Shown: piece by piece, positions 1 to 10,989 of the stretch | How the letters are laid out: each line of letters starts with the position of its first letter | Position numbering within the stretch: position 1 is the first letter of the stretch | Assembly (NCBI GenBank): GCA_021432655.1 | Contig: MU271560.1 | Coordinates: forward strand, 1 to 44,588 | From: Atractiella rhizophila | Taxonomy: Eukaryota | Length of the DNA: 44,588 nucleotides | Direction of reading: 5' to 3' | Notes under the pieces: model-generated | Told to the model about the DNA's origin: nothing | What the model saw: the letters and a program-made list of their open reading frames with translations, nothing else | Database searches by the model: none | Translations under genes and position numbers: made by a program

Positions 1-402
1 GGTAAAGAAGGGGAAAATTGACTATCTCGTGCGGTGGGGCATTGATATGCTGTCTATGCCCAGTAAGTTTCTCCTTTCGAATTTCTAAATAGTAAACTGA
101 TATCTATCCTGCTAGTTACATCGGTTGACGTCGAACGTGTCTTCTCCATTGCCGGTAATACAATAACTCCTCGTCGAAACCGACTATCTCCTGAAAGTTC
201 TCGTGCTGCTGTTGTCCTCAGAGCATGGAGTCGGTTCGAAGATGGAGAGTTCCTCGCTAAGACAGAGTTTGAAGCATTCTTGAAGGAGGGGTGGGAGCGG
301 GTTGGTAAAGCTGGACGGAAGAGGACTCGTCAGGTGGAAACAGACGAGGATATGGAGGGTGATAGGCCTTTGAAGGTGTTTATGATTGATGATGATGAGT
401 AG
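1..402 (+). CDS. 3' end of a hAT-family transposase (C-terminal dimerisation domain), cut by the window edge; intron 63-115
   Basis: Splicing GTAAGT(63)..CTAG(115) gives DMLSMPITSVDVERVFSIAGNTITPRRNRLSPESSRAAVVLRAW, matching the hAT dimerisation signature (S..VER.FS..G......R.RL); stop TAG at 400-402. Confidence 0.85.
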
Positions 403-1085
403 GAGGAGTAGGCAAGTCTTTTACAATTGTGTTGAATGGACATGTCAATGTTTTCTCTCTTGATTCTGCTTTCAACTCTTCTTTCTTTCTGTACTAGTCC
501 TTTCAGTTCTTTTTCTTTTCATCAAGATTGATTATATTGCAATAATAATCTGAATAGACTGTAGGTATTTGAGCAAAGTAAATCAACTTGGAAAAGATGG
601 TACTCACAGGTACTCTTCTGTACTCTTCTGACAAAGGAGTACCTGTTAAGCACTGGAGAGTACTCGTCCCGAAAGACTCGTGCAGAAGGAGAGTGACAAA
701 TGTATTAGCGCTGCGAAGTACGAGATAACAATGAGTATATGTTGCATTTAGTATGTAAGGAAACTACATTACCTGCGAAGTGTGAGATAACAATGAGTAT
801 AAGTCTCGCACTTGCAGGTTTACAAGCTTTGATAACAGAGAGATCCCTGTGGCAAAAGATTGGCCACAGTTCCAGAAAGTGCTCGAAGGAAACTAAACAC
901 ACAAGTGCGCAAGTGGCGAAAGGAGGCGGCACACGATTCTGTCAGAGAGTACTTGCGAATAGCAATCGCGAATGAAGAGTACCCACCACCTACGATTTTA
1001 ACGAGTCTACAATCGACCAAAATCTTGGTATGTACTCGCAAGTTCGGGTACCTGAACTCGCGAGTAGCATTCGTCTTACACTCTA
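1..1085 (+). mobile_element. Right arm of a hAT DNA transposon
   Basis: Transposase tail followed by many GAGTAC/GTACTC motifs (~600-1070) and a 29-bp direct repeat (711-739/773-801). Candidate terminus TCTTACACTCTA ends at 1085 (reverse complement TAGAGTG..., resembling the TAGGGATG end of the element at 35033). The left end is outside the window, so TIR and TSD cannot be confirmed. Confidence 0.6.
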
Positions 1086-4000
1086 TTAAGAGCCCATTCT
1101 CAGTTTCGCTTCAGAGACTCACTCATTTCATGGTCATCAATCCGTATCTCCATTTTCCAGGTACTTTCTGTACCATTAGTCTTCGCCAGAGATGAATGCA
1201 ACAGAGGAAATTTACATCTGGAGGAAGGAATCGAGCAAGCTTTATTATCTGGCAGATTTTACGGTCCTACACGGGTCTAGTTCTCCTTGACGAGGTGATA
1301 GTAATCCGTACGTTAAGCACTCGATCCACACTTGCAGGCTAGCTCAAACCGGTCCTCTTTGTCCTCTTAGTTTTCCCCACAGGTTTGTGAGTTACTCAAA
1401 GCACCCCTACTGACACATGATCTCTCAGCGTCATATCAAAGGGTATTGGACATGAATGGTGTAGAGTACTTTCCTTCATCGAGTGATGGACTCGTGTGGC
1501 TTCGAGGTCAGTACTGATTTCCTCTTCCAGAATGTTCATGAAGAAAGTATTACTAACATTTTACACATCTCCAACATGTGTTGCTTGTTGTGGGACACTA
1601 CGTGATGTGATATCTGTGATTCCAGCAATTTCGAGCCCCCAAATTTTCATTATGAAATCTTTCGGTCCCATAACTGTTTCCGTTGCGTTGCTTTCTTCCT
1701 CAGCCTTTTGTGCACTTGTGCCTACAGAAGTTTGGTGCCATCACAAGTGCTATTGTCCATTCTACTTTCATCACAATATCCTCTGGCTATAATACCCCTG
1801 AAACTTCACTTGTCCTCAGTTATCCAATACTTTGGTACATTTCTCCGCGGTCCGCTTAAGGCGTGGAGTCATGTGGTCACTTTTGGCAAACTTAGTCGTC
1901 ATCGGCACTAGCAATGGCAGGAACGTTTTGGTCGTCTTTGACAATGTTGATCGTTATTAAAAGGAACAAGTTCAGTGTCATTTGATTAACTAAACTGAAG
2001 TCGAAACCTTTGCCAGTTGGTTCTGTTTCGTGCTTTCTGAACAGGCTGCCATTACAATTACACAATCGAGGTTTCACATGGATGAATAAAATGAGGAAAC
2101 GCAGCGACGCCAAAGCTACAACTAAGAAAGAAATGAAGTGACGGTGCCACGGCAACCATTCAGAAGGTTAAGACTGGGAAAGTCGTAATTCTGAGAATTG
2201 ATGGATTATCGCTGCTGGATAAACTAGGTTGCGCCTTACTTCCCTTATCAGCTCATTCTAAAGGAGTGAAGAACAAACCCTGGCTCCCAATATCAAACTT
2301 AACCCCGACTACCCTCTCCGCATCCCGCCTTGCAACGTGCGCAACATCATGGACAGTGGAACTGTAGAAAGATTTCAATCGTGTTCGGATCGCGGAGGAG
2401 GAGAAACATACATTTAAGTGCCATTATGGGTACCCCCCGATCGAGTTGTCGCAGGACGATGACATCCTTAATCTCGCTTGGCTTGGTTGATGAGACCAAG
2501 GGTGTTGCAACAATTGTCATTCAGCCACTAAAGGGTCAGGGCTTCAACACTTACATGCTGGACACATATGTTAGGACAATATTTGATATCAGAACAAACG
2601 AGACGAGGAAACGCGCTGGGAATGACTGCAGGAATCTACTGGTCACCTTGGCTCTCATTAGCGCATTCCTCCACACAGAATGACCACACACTTGGTTTAA
2701 TGATTGAAATGTAAACCGGCTACATATGTTTCTCAGCATTCACTGCAAAGTCCAGTCGCGTAATGCCCAAATGAGAGATGCATTGCAGCCAGGAGACCGA
2801 TGGTCCAAAAGAGGTGTGCTTCGAGCTCTCGTCATTCTTGATGCAGAGATTCGACACGCATACAGGATTTGACACATGCGGGTGCACATAGGACCAGTCA
2901 CTAGCCTGACAAAGTGTTATAGGAAGCGTAGAATGATGGAGGAGAGTTAAGACAAACAAGACTATGATCAAGTGATTAGGCGTTCTGAAGGTGGCGTGTC
3001 GGTTCAAGAAAACAGTCTCAAGGGAACCAAATGTGAAACCAGTTACTCCACGGAGCGTAACGTCACGAAGAAATCGTTCAAACCAACAAGCTTGATCATG
3101 CTTCTCCCCAGTCAAATTTAGTTGGTTAAGGAGTTAGTCGAAGAAGGGGGAAAGAACGGACCAGTCCGTGACATCCAGGAGTAGGAGAGCAGGGAGTTCA
3201 CAAACAATTAGCTTGTTAGCCACAAAATCAGTTGCAGGACTGACCATCCCGTCACATAATATGAGCGAGTAAGGTAGTGAGAGGACCGAACTGCTTCTGG
3301 TTTGGTTGGCAGCTTTTATGCCTTCTGACCATTTGGATTGAAGTCGTGCTTGTTGTTCATGCAGAAGCAAAAATTCGCCCGGTCTTTGAAAGATTTTGAA
3401 GCATAATGGTTAGGTAGGATCATGATGAATCAAAGTAAGCGGATTGAACAAAGAAGGGATCCGTATAAACTTCCAAGAGCGCGGATACCGTCCTCTCTGC
3501 CATTGTGATGCTGTTGTTGTATGGCGAACAATAATTTGAGGACCTCTTCTTCATGCATAGGGAATGCGCCTATACGCACCCACCGGAGGACGGAAAGATC
3601 TTCTCGCCTTTAGGCTCAGAGCCCCAGTTTCCTGTCTTACTTCGAGAACACCCATAAGGGTTCGTCCGCGAATAGCACGGCTCCATCCGTGCATAACCTA
3701 GAGTCAGCCATTGGTTGCGATTGATCACTCAGCTATCAATGGATGGGTGTTGGAGGAGTTGTACGCGAGCAACCTATCCGTTATCCTCCGGCACCTTTAT
3801 CGCCTGGCCCAACCTTAACCCAACTTACCTCTCACCCGCCAAACCTCCAAGCACGCCAATCCAGTTCTGGTATCGCTCCGACTGGAAGTGCGTTCGAAGG
3901 TGTGAGTCGAGGTCTATATGAAATTCGAACGCATTGTGTCTTTTGCCATCACTCTGGGCACTCAAGTGTCCAAACTGCTCCGTGGTTATGTTTGATTTCT

Positions 4001-4109
4001 AGGCAGAAGTAGACGTCAAACCCGACCGCTCCCAAGGGACAGGTTCATCCGGCTGCCGCCACGATCCAAGCCCCTCACCTCCACTTCAGTTTCCGACCAT
4101 CCCATCACT

Positions 4110-4622
4110 GTCAATGCGGTCACAACAGGAGGAGGAGCACCGTCCGCCGCCCCTCTAAAGCAGAAACGGGAACGGGTCCTCGTCTCCACCTCTTCCCTGA
4201 CACTGCATCAAGACTTCACACGTCTCCTCTCCGATCCAGAAATCGCACACAGCCTCGACAGCAATGCGGCCACAATGGACAACAGTCTGTTGTCGCTCGA
4301 GATAGAGAAGGCCATCTTGAACTTGACCTCCACGCCGGTGTGTTTGGATCCGGATCCTACCTTAGCGATGGCGGCGAATTGGGCGTTGGGAAGGCCGAAG
4401 TGGAAGGAAGAGGCAAGGGCGGAGGGAGAGCAGACAGGGGGAAGGGCGAAGGCAAAGAAGAGGAGGAGGATGGAGGAGGCGGAGCGAAGGGCGGAGAAGA
4501 GGCGGGGAGGGGAGGATGGGGAGGAGGAGGAGGAGACGAAAAAAAAAAAAAAAAAAAAAAATGGGGAGGAGGAGGAGGAGTCAGCTAGGCCAGCTCTCTG
4601 GGACCGGATCCGCATGCTATGA
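4110..4622 (+). pseudogene. Possible fragment of an Spt20-family (SAGA subunit) domain followed by a low-complexity E/K tail
   Basis: In-frame RERVLV..LEIEKAILNLTSTPVCLDPDPTLAMAANWAL resembles, from memory, the E..IL..T..PLCLDP.P motif of fungal Spt20; no upstream half of the domain recognised. Confidence 0.4.
4539..4561 (+). repeat. A23 homopolymer within a GA-rich tract
   Basis: Seen directly. Confidence 0.95.
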
Positions 4623-4806
4623 AGAGGGTTAAAACGGAAGTGCTTGATGGAGGAGATCTTGAGGAGATTCCAGATCCTCCTGTCCTTCTCAACACACCCG
4701 TAACTTGATCATTACCATTTCTCGGCCAATTTGTGCTCTTGAAGGAGCCGGATTTACTTTTGGCCAGGGTGTCAATGACGAGTTCAGATCTAATGTCACT
4801 GCTCCA

Positions 4807-4902
4807 GCAAACTGGTCGCCCCGAGGGTTTTGCAAAAGTGGCCAGAGGCCACAAGGAGAAAAAAGTTTTGCGCTCTAATTTTGGGAAGATTTCACAAGAA
4901 GC
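4807..4902 (+). repeat. Dispersed ~100-bp repeat, copy 1 (partner at 7956-8053)
   Basis: GCAAACTGGTCGCCCCG..AAGTGGCC.GAGGCC..GTTTTGCGCT..AATTTTG shared by both loci. Confidence 0.8.
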
Positions 4903-5924
4903 TACAGTGTTTGCTAGAAGGAACGTCGTGAAGAGCTTTCTGTGAGAAATTCCTCCTAATTAGGGGCATAGTGCTCACTCAAGGCATTCTGGTGCTGAAA
5001 AGGACAAAGGCTGGCAGGACATTGTGACCTTGTTGATGATCAGTGAAGGAATCTCAGTGACTGTTTGAAGAGAACAGCACTAATATGTGTCAGAGAGAGT
5101 GAAGGTGTGTTTGCTTTGTTGCACGTAATTTCGGGATTGAAAGAGTCTAGAAAGAAGAACAGGAGGTGGAAGTAAGCAACCTCGTTGTCCGATTACTCCT
5201 CATCCCTATCGGCCTTCTCTGCTCTCTCACTCCCACCATTTGCATCACATGGACAGCTTAACATGAAGGAGAGCAGCGGAATGGGCTCAAAGGGAATGAC
5301 ATGAGGTACATTCTCTATTCACCTGCACAGAGATGTCAATGGCTAAACATGGCAACATGCAGTAGCAAAAGTTCATGCCTCCCGTCTCTCTCCATCCGCC
5401 CATCACTCTTTCCTCCCCATGCCCTTCATCCATCCGATGCCTCCCTTCCACTTGTAGACTTCCGGTTCCTCAAGCATTACATCCTTCTCAGCCTATTGCC
5501 CGCTCCTCTCCTCTCTTTGATCGCCACCCTCTCATCTCCCTCCAATGGACTGCAGAGCTGATGGTTTCACAGTTCAGCAGTGATGTTTAAGGGTGATGCT
5601 CGCCGCAATATGTGTTTCTTTTCTTACTTTACCATCCTCCAATCATATGAGGCGGCCAACCATTGACTAGTAGATGTAGCTTGGCAGACTCATGAAACTC
5701 GAAATCCCAAAGCATGTGATTGAAATCTGCCAGTTCTTTTCACCTTTCGCAACCGCTATAGACCAGTATAGTCTTTTGGAGATTGATTGTGGTCTGAACA
5801 GTTGCCTTACATACTCAAGTCGTGAACAGCATGTTTTTGTGCCTTCATCATCCGTGCAACCTCATTCGAAACATCATTAGATAGATCAAGGTCAACTTTG
5901 ACCCTTTTAGCGAGCTTTTGATGA

Positions 5925-7069
5925 TCACAAAGAGAGGGAAGCAACGAAGATGACTGCTCGATGGCTGGAAGGTATTCGATTAGGTGTAGCCGCGATGTTT
6001 GTGATGTTGGATTGATTGTATAGAGAACTTATTAAGCATGGTTGTTGGATTATTGGCTGCAAATTGATATTGATGTTTGCAAATGTGAGCATTTTTCTGT
6101 TGTCGTTGTTTTCTCGCCTTTTCTCTCTTTCGTTGAGTTTCGTTTGACAATGAAGCAGGTCCGACCAACTCATGCGCCGGGCTGACAGTGCATCCATCAT
6201 CGCATAGCCTCTCAATCCCCCCTTCGAAGGCCAGCCCACTCCACAATCGAGTCTAATACTCTCTCCCCCTCCTAACCTTAATGTCAACTGCAACCACCGC
6301 GTCACCGGCCACACACACGTACGTGCTCTCCAAGCAATCTCACTACTCTGCCCCCAAATTCGCTTCGTCTCTTCGACAGCTATTGCCGTAGGATTGTCGC
6401 GACTCAGTGAAACGTACTGGGTGTAATCCATGTTGACGGGAGGGAAGAAGGGTGGTGCAGCGGCAGTCGCCCTTGCCGCTTCCCAGACCGTATAAGCGGA
6501 GGCAGGTATAAACGGCGAGGATCCGGCAGCATGAATATCGTATGTACGCATCTCTGTGGAAACGGTGACATTGGACTCGTAGGTAGAAACCACGAATGTC
6601 CTATATCTATCCTGCAAGGAAGCATCTTTCATCGGAAGAGACTTCTCAGAGTCTTGGGAAGAATCGGTACGTCGCTGGATGATAGCGGCAAAAGTTTCTT
6701 CGAGTTTTTTGCCGAGTAAGCGTACTCGTCGCTGGAGCTTGAGGCGTTATTCAAAAACACGTTCTCCATGATCTCTTCGTACGCCGCAATGCATTGTCGA
6801 ACCGTCATTCCCAGCCTGCCGAGCATAAGCGCGATCCATCCACCGGTGGAAGTCCCACAAATTAGATCAAAAATATCGCAGGGACGAAGATCTTCGTCTT
6901 CTGGCACTTTGAGCAGGTGCCTAGCTTGAAGCATAATCTGCTCAAGCATGTATGCATCGACAATGGCGGCATCCGCTCCTTTTCCGCTCCAAAGGACCCG
7001 CAATCCCAACGGATTCGCCTTCTTGATATTTTCGGGGACTTTAAAAACCTTGACCGGATTTCGCGACAT
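5925..7069 (-). pseudogene. Patatin-like phospholipase paralogue without NTPase/TPR; 39-bp internal inversion, 1-nt frameshift, unrelated C-terminal tail
   Basis: KVFKVPENIKKAN, RPCDIFDLICGTSTGGWIALMLGRLGM, RTFVVSTYES and WEAARATAAAP align with the 19301-20638 ORF. Frameshift falls in the T6 run at 6705-6710; homology ends near 6330. Confidence 0.85.
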
Positions 7070-7955
7070 GTAGGTAAAGTGAGAAATGGTTTGCGGTGCG
7101 GTTGTTGAAGTACAAGGCTGGAGGTGACTGAAGGAACAAGAAAAGTTCCAGAAGTCAAATGGTTTCTAAGACCAATTTCATCAGCGCTTCTGCGTGTTAT
7201 ATAGACGCAATCTAAATAAATCAAGGTTGGCGTGGTAGCTTTGTCAACAGCAAGGAGACAAAGGCTTACGATCGTCAATTGGCATTCACGTTCGGGAGCT
7301 CGTCATAAGCTATTTTTGCCGCTTCCTCATATGCAGCTTCACGGAGAGCACGGCTACCCCTGTATCCTTCACCCAAGATACTTGTGAAGGCTATTTGGAA
7401 TCTCTGCTCTGCCACGTACGTCCACTATGGCAGATGGAACTTGTGAATGTAGATCTTAATCGTCTCATGAAGTAGTCCAAGGACAACCACACAACCCGTC
7501 TGTCTTACTTCTACACGCAACCTTTTCTGCACAATATTAAAGGAAGTACTGACCTTTCGAAAGGTAATTGAAACTCACTTTCCGCGCTCTCCAACCTATA
7601 AAAAAGGCCACAATCGCACGATATTCGAAATGACTTTTCCTAACAATGATTTCTTCAAGAAGCGTTCAATTCTCCACTCTGGAGCAGGCCGTTCACAATC
7701 AGAGGTTCGTGGTCAAGGACTGAAAAGGCAGCTCTGATTTTGGCTGTGTTTGGTTTATCTTTGACTTTCGTCTCTTCAGTTGCCCCGTTGCTTGTGGTAT
7801 CTCCATTGTTCTCTACTCTTTCGTACTTCCCTCTTGTTCCCTCGATCAAATAAATTGCCTTTATTCAAATCTTAATCTTGACGGCTCCTCCTCAGGCCCC
7901 TGTCAAAGTGGTTTCCTGGTTTTCCCGTGCTTTCCTCAATTCTGCAGCAAACTTG

Positions 7956-8053
7956 GCAAACTGGTCGCCCCGTGGGGTTTGCGCAAGTGGCCGGAGGCCG
8001 CCAGCGAAAAATGGTTTTGCGCTTCAATTTTGAGAAAATTTGCAGCCAAAAAG
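7956..8053 (+). repeat. Dispersed ~100-bp repeat, copy 2, followed by the hairpin AAAACTGG-TCCA-CCAGTTTT (8060-8079)
   Basis: Similarity to 4807-4902 seen directly. Confidence 0.8.
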
Positions 8054-8195
8054 CGGGCCAAAACTGGTCCACCAGTTTTATCGCCGACCAACGTTAACCA
8101 ACTCCGACCCCTGGGGCGATGGGTCTGCTCCGTAACCTGTCTATTCCACACAACTACAAGCCTCATCACAATTTCGTTTCATCTACTATCCATCG

Positions 8196-10438
8196 ATGGC
8201 CACAACTCTTCCACCTCACTCTGTCGGTATCCGTGCTTCTACCCCTCCCGCCAGCACCTCTGATAATCTTTCTCTAACAAAACCGACCCCGAAGCGACTA
8301 GCCAGCGGCTCTAACCATCACGGTCAAATCATTCCTGCTACAGAGAACGAAGGTGCCTACGACTTCGTCTGCGGCAATATGAAAGGAAAATACGTCACTG
8401 TATCTGCTGAAGACTTTCTCAAAATGCTGCCAGAGTATGGAGAACTTCCAGACTCGCCGCCAACACCTGATGTGTCAGGGCTCGAACCAACCCATTACGA
8501 CGAGTTCGTAAGTGCATTGTTCTTTCTAAAATCTTTTCAAAAAAAACAACCCAAAAAAAGGAAAAGAAACCCTTCCGCAAACAAACCGGGCAGCTCGTCA
8601 ACACTAGCGACAGCATCGACAGAGATTTTATCCCAGTGCTTGGGGTAGGCGGTGTCAAACCTGACCTGGTCCTCTATAGTTTTCACGGGGCGACCACTAC
8701 GATCATGAAGAGCGCCGAGTCGTTCGGCGAGTTTAAGAAGGCCCGCAAGGATGAACCTTCCCGCGATGAGAAAGGAGGCAAGGTGGTCGAGGGCGACTCA
8801 CAAACTTCAAAATTAACTCGCGGTCAAATCACCATTTACAGTAGCGTCATTCTTTCTTCCCAACAAAGAACCAGAGTTTTCTCGTTCTATGTTCGGGAAC
8901 ACCTCGCTCGTCTCCTCTGCCATTCTCGTGCAGGTTTCCTTGTGACCCCTTCGTTCAACTACGTGACGACACCCTACCTCCGCGAATTCTTCTGGCGCTA
9001 TACGCACGCATCCAATGCTGAAAGAGGGCATGACGAGACGATGCAGAAACTCCTTGAGGACGATGATCATTCCGAAGCGGCTAAAGCGAAACTTAACGTT
9101 ACAGCTAGCGAGCCACTCTTGAAGGTGGAGGTGGATAACAAGGTGTTCTACCTTTCCGAACCCTTCCTCTTTCGTCACAACCAACCCATCGGCCGAGGAA
9201 CAAGATGCTTCAAAGCTTACGATCCCCAACAGAAATACCTTGTCCTCCTCAAGGACACGTGGCGAAACACACAATATCGTCGGGAAGGTGAAGTCTATGC
9301 CGAATTGCACGAATCCAAAGTCCCAAATATCCTCCAGGTTATTGCCGAAGGTGATGTAAGGGGCAACCTCCAACACATCAAGCTATCGACAGACAAGGAA
9401 GACGAAAGTGAGATGGTACACTACCGAATTGTTCTGGCTAAAGTCAGACGGCCACTCGACAAATTTACATCCAGTTACGAGCTCGTGAAAGGATTTTCGG
9501 ATGCTTTTGAAGCTGCGCGGATGTGTCTTCACTTAAATGAATCTGATTTGCGAGCGTTGGCCGCTCACAGCTCACTTCGCTGCCTGGAGCAGACTCAAAA
9601 TGTTGCACCGTGATATATCTTTTGGGAACATCCTTCTTGGCCCAATTGAAGAAAGCCCGAATGGGTTTTTTTGGGAATTCGCAAAGAAGGAAATCAACCC
9701 TGACAATTCCCGGGAGCGAACGGTCCGTGCTTTTTTAATAATCTTGTGCAGTGGTGAATGGTGGAACAGGGCACTTACGAGTTCATGTCTCGTCGACTCT
9801 TGGAAGATATCGGCTCAACCCAGTGCATTCGCCACGAGCCCAAAGACGATATTGAGTCCTTCGTTTACGTTTTGGCCTGGACCGTACTTTCGCACGCTCA
9901 AAGCGAGTTGCCGGATGAAACGTGCCTCGATTTACTCCGTCCGTTCGATAGAATGCAGAACAACGCCAGGACAACAGCCACAGGTCGAAAGGCGATTATT
10001 ACAGGTGGTGTCGACGACCTCAAACTCTCTTCCAACCAGCTTCGGGATGTACTCGGGAAAATCTTCCGAAGCCTTTCTGACCGTTTGGTCCCTCGTGCGG
10101 ATATAGTGGAAAGAATTTTGGATGATCTCCAATCGGAGGGAGAGACAGACGAGTCGACAGAGGAGAGGACGGAGCGGACAATAGAGGAGAGGACGGAGGA
10201 GATGAGGCAGAAGATGAGGAAGAGGGCTAATAAGAAGGCGGACAGGAGGATTAAACGAATGACTACTCACAAGTTTATGTCGCAAGTGTTATTGGACGCT
10301 CTGAAGGATGAAGAGGGAATATGGAAAAGTCAAAAGGACAACGCTGTTTCTAGGGATCATGGTTCAAGTAACAAGAGGAAAGGATTAGCCATGGTTGCAG
10401 ATGGGCACAAGAGGTTCAGGAGTTCCAGTGCTCGCTAG
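8196..10438 (+). CDS. Fungal-type protein kinase (FunK1 / Pkinase_fungal family), multi-exon, probably damaged
   Basis: Ordered motifs KPDL..Y, EFK, RGQI..Y, GRGTRCF, LKDTWR, EG, HRDIS.GNILL, RT-intron-GTYEFMS, H..KDDIESF.YVL. Introns start near 8508 and lie at 9513-9570 (non-canonical donor) and 9723-9769. Confidence 0.85.
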
Positions 10439-10989
10439 TTCATATTGTAATCTCGTCCAGACAGAACAGCAGAACCAATGTGTTCAGCCTTCCGCAAACC
10501 GTGTGATCACACAGTGGACAGAAGCATAACCAACAGGAGTTTTAAACTGGGCTCCTGCAAACTCTTCCCTTGTCCGCACAACTCGGCTCAGCTGGTCAGC
10601 GACCATTGATTGTCACCATGCTTGCGACTCGAACCTCCATAGCTCTGCCTATGATCATTGTCTCAACAACATCTTCGAGAATTCTCCTTCCAAACTGGCA
10701 CGGACAAGCTATCGACATGAGGCATTTTGTTTGAAATTGCGCCGTGACACTTTCTTGTTGTGTCGACCAAAAGCATTTTGACCGAAAATTCACTGTCTGT
10801 GCCACTTTTTCCTATACTGTTATTCCATCTAGGTATATTTCTTTCACAGTCAATCTGCTGTCCAACCCTCTTCATGCAATACTGATGTGAAAAATCATGC
10901 AAAGTGTGTCCTAAATCTATAGACATACCATATCTCTATAGTCAGCAGGAGCTCCACCCATTGGCCTAATGGTCAAATATATTGTTGGA

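Noticed and set aside
1200..3700. Short ORFs as genes
   Set aside because: No recognisable motif or consistent exon chain; may be a decayed gene but cannot be supported
8060..8079. Helitron 3' end at the hairpin
   Set aside because: The stem is AT-rich and no CTRR terminus follows at the expected distance
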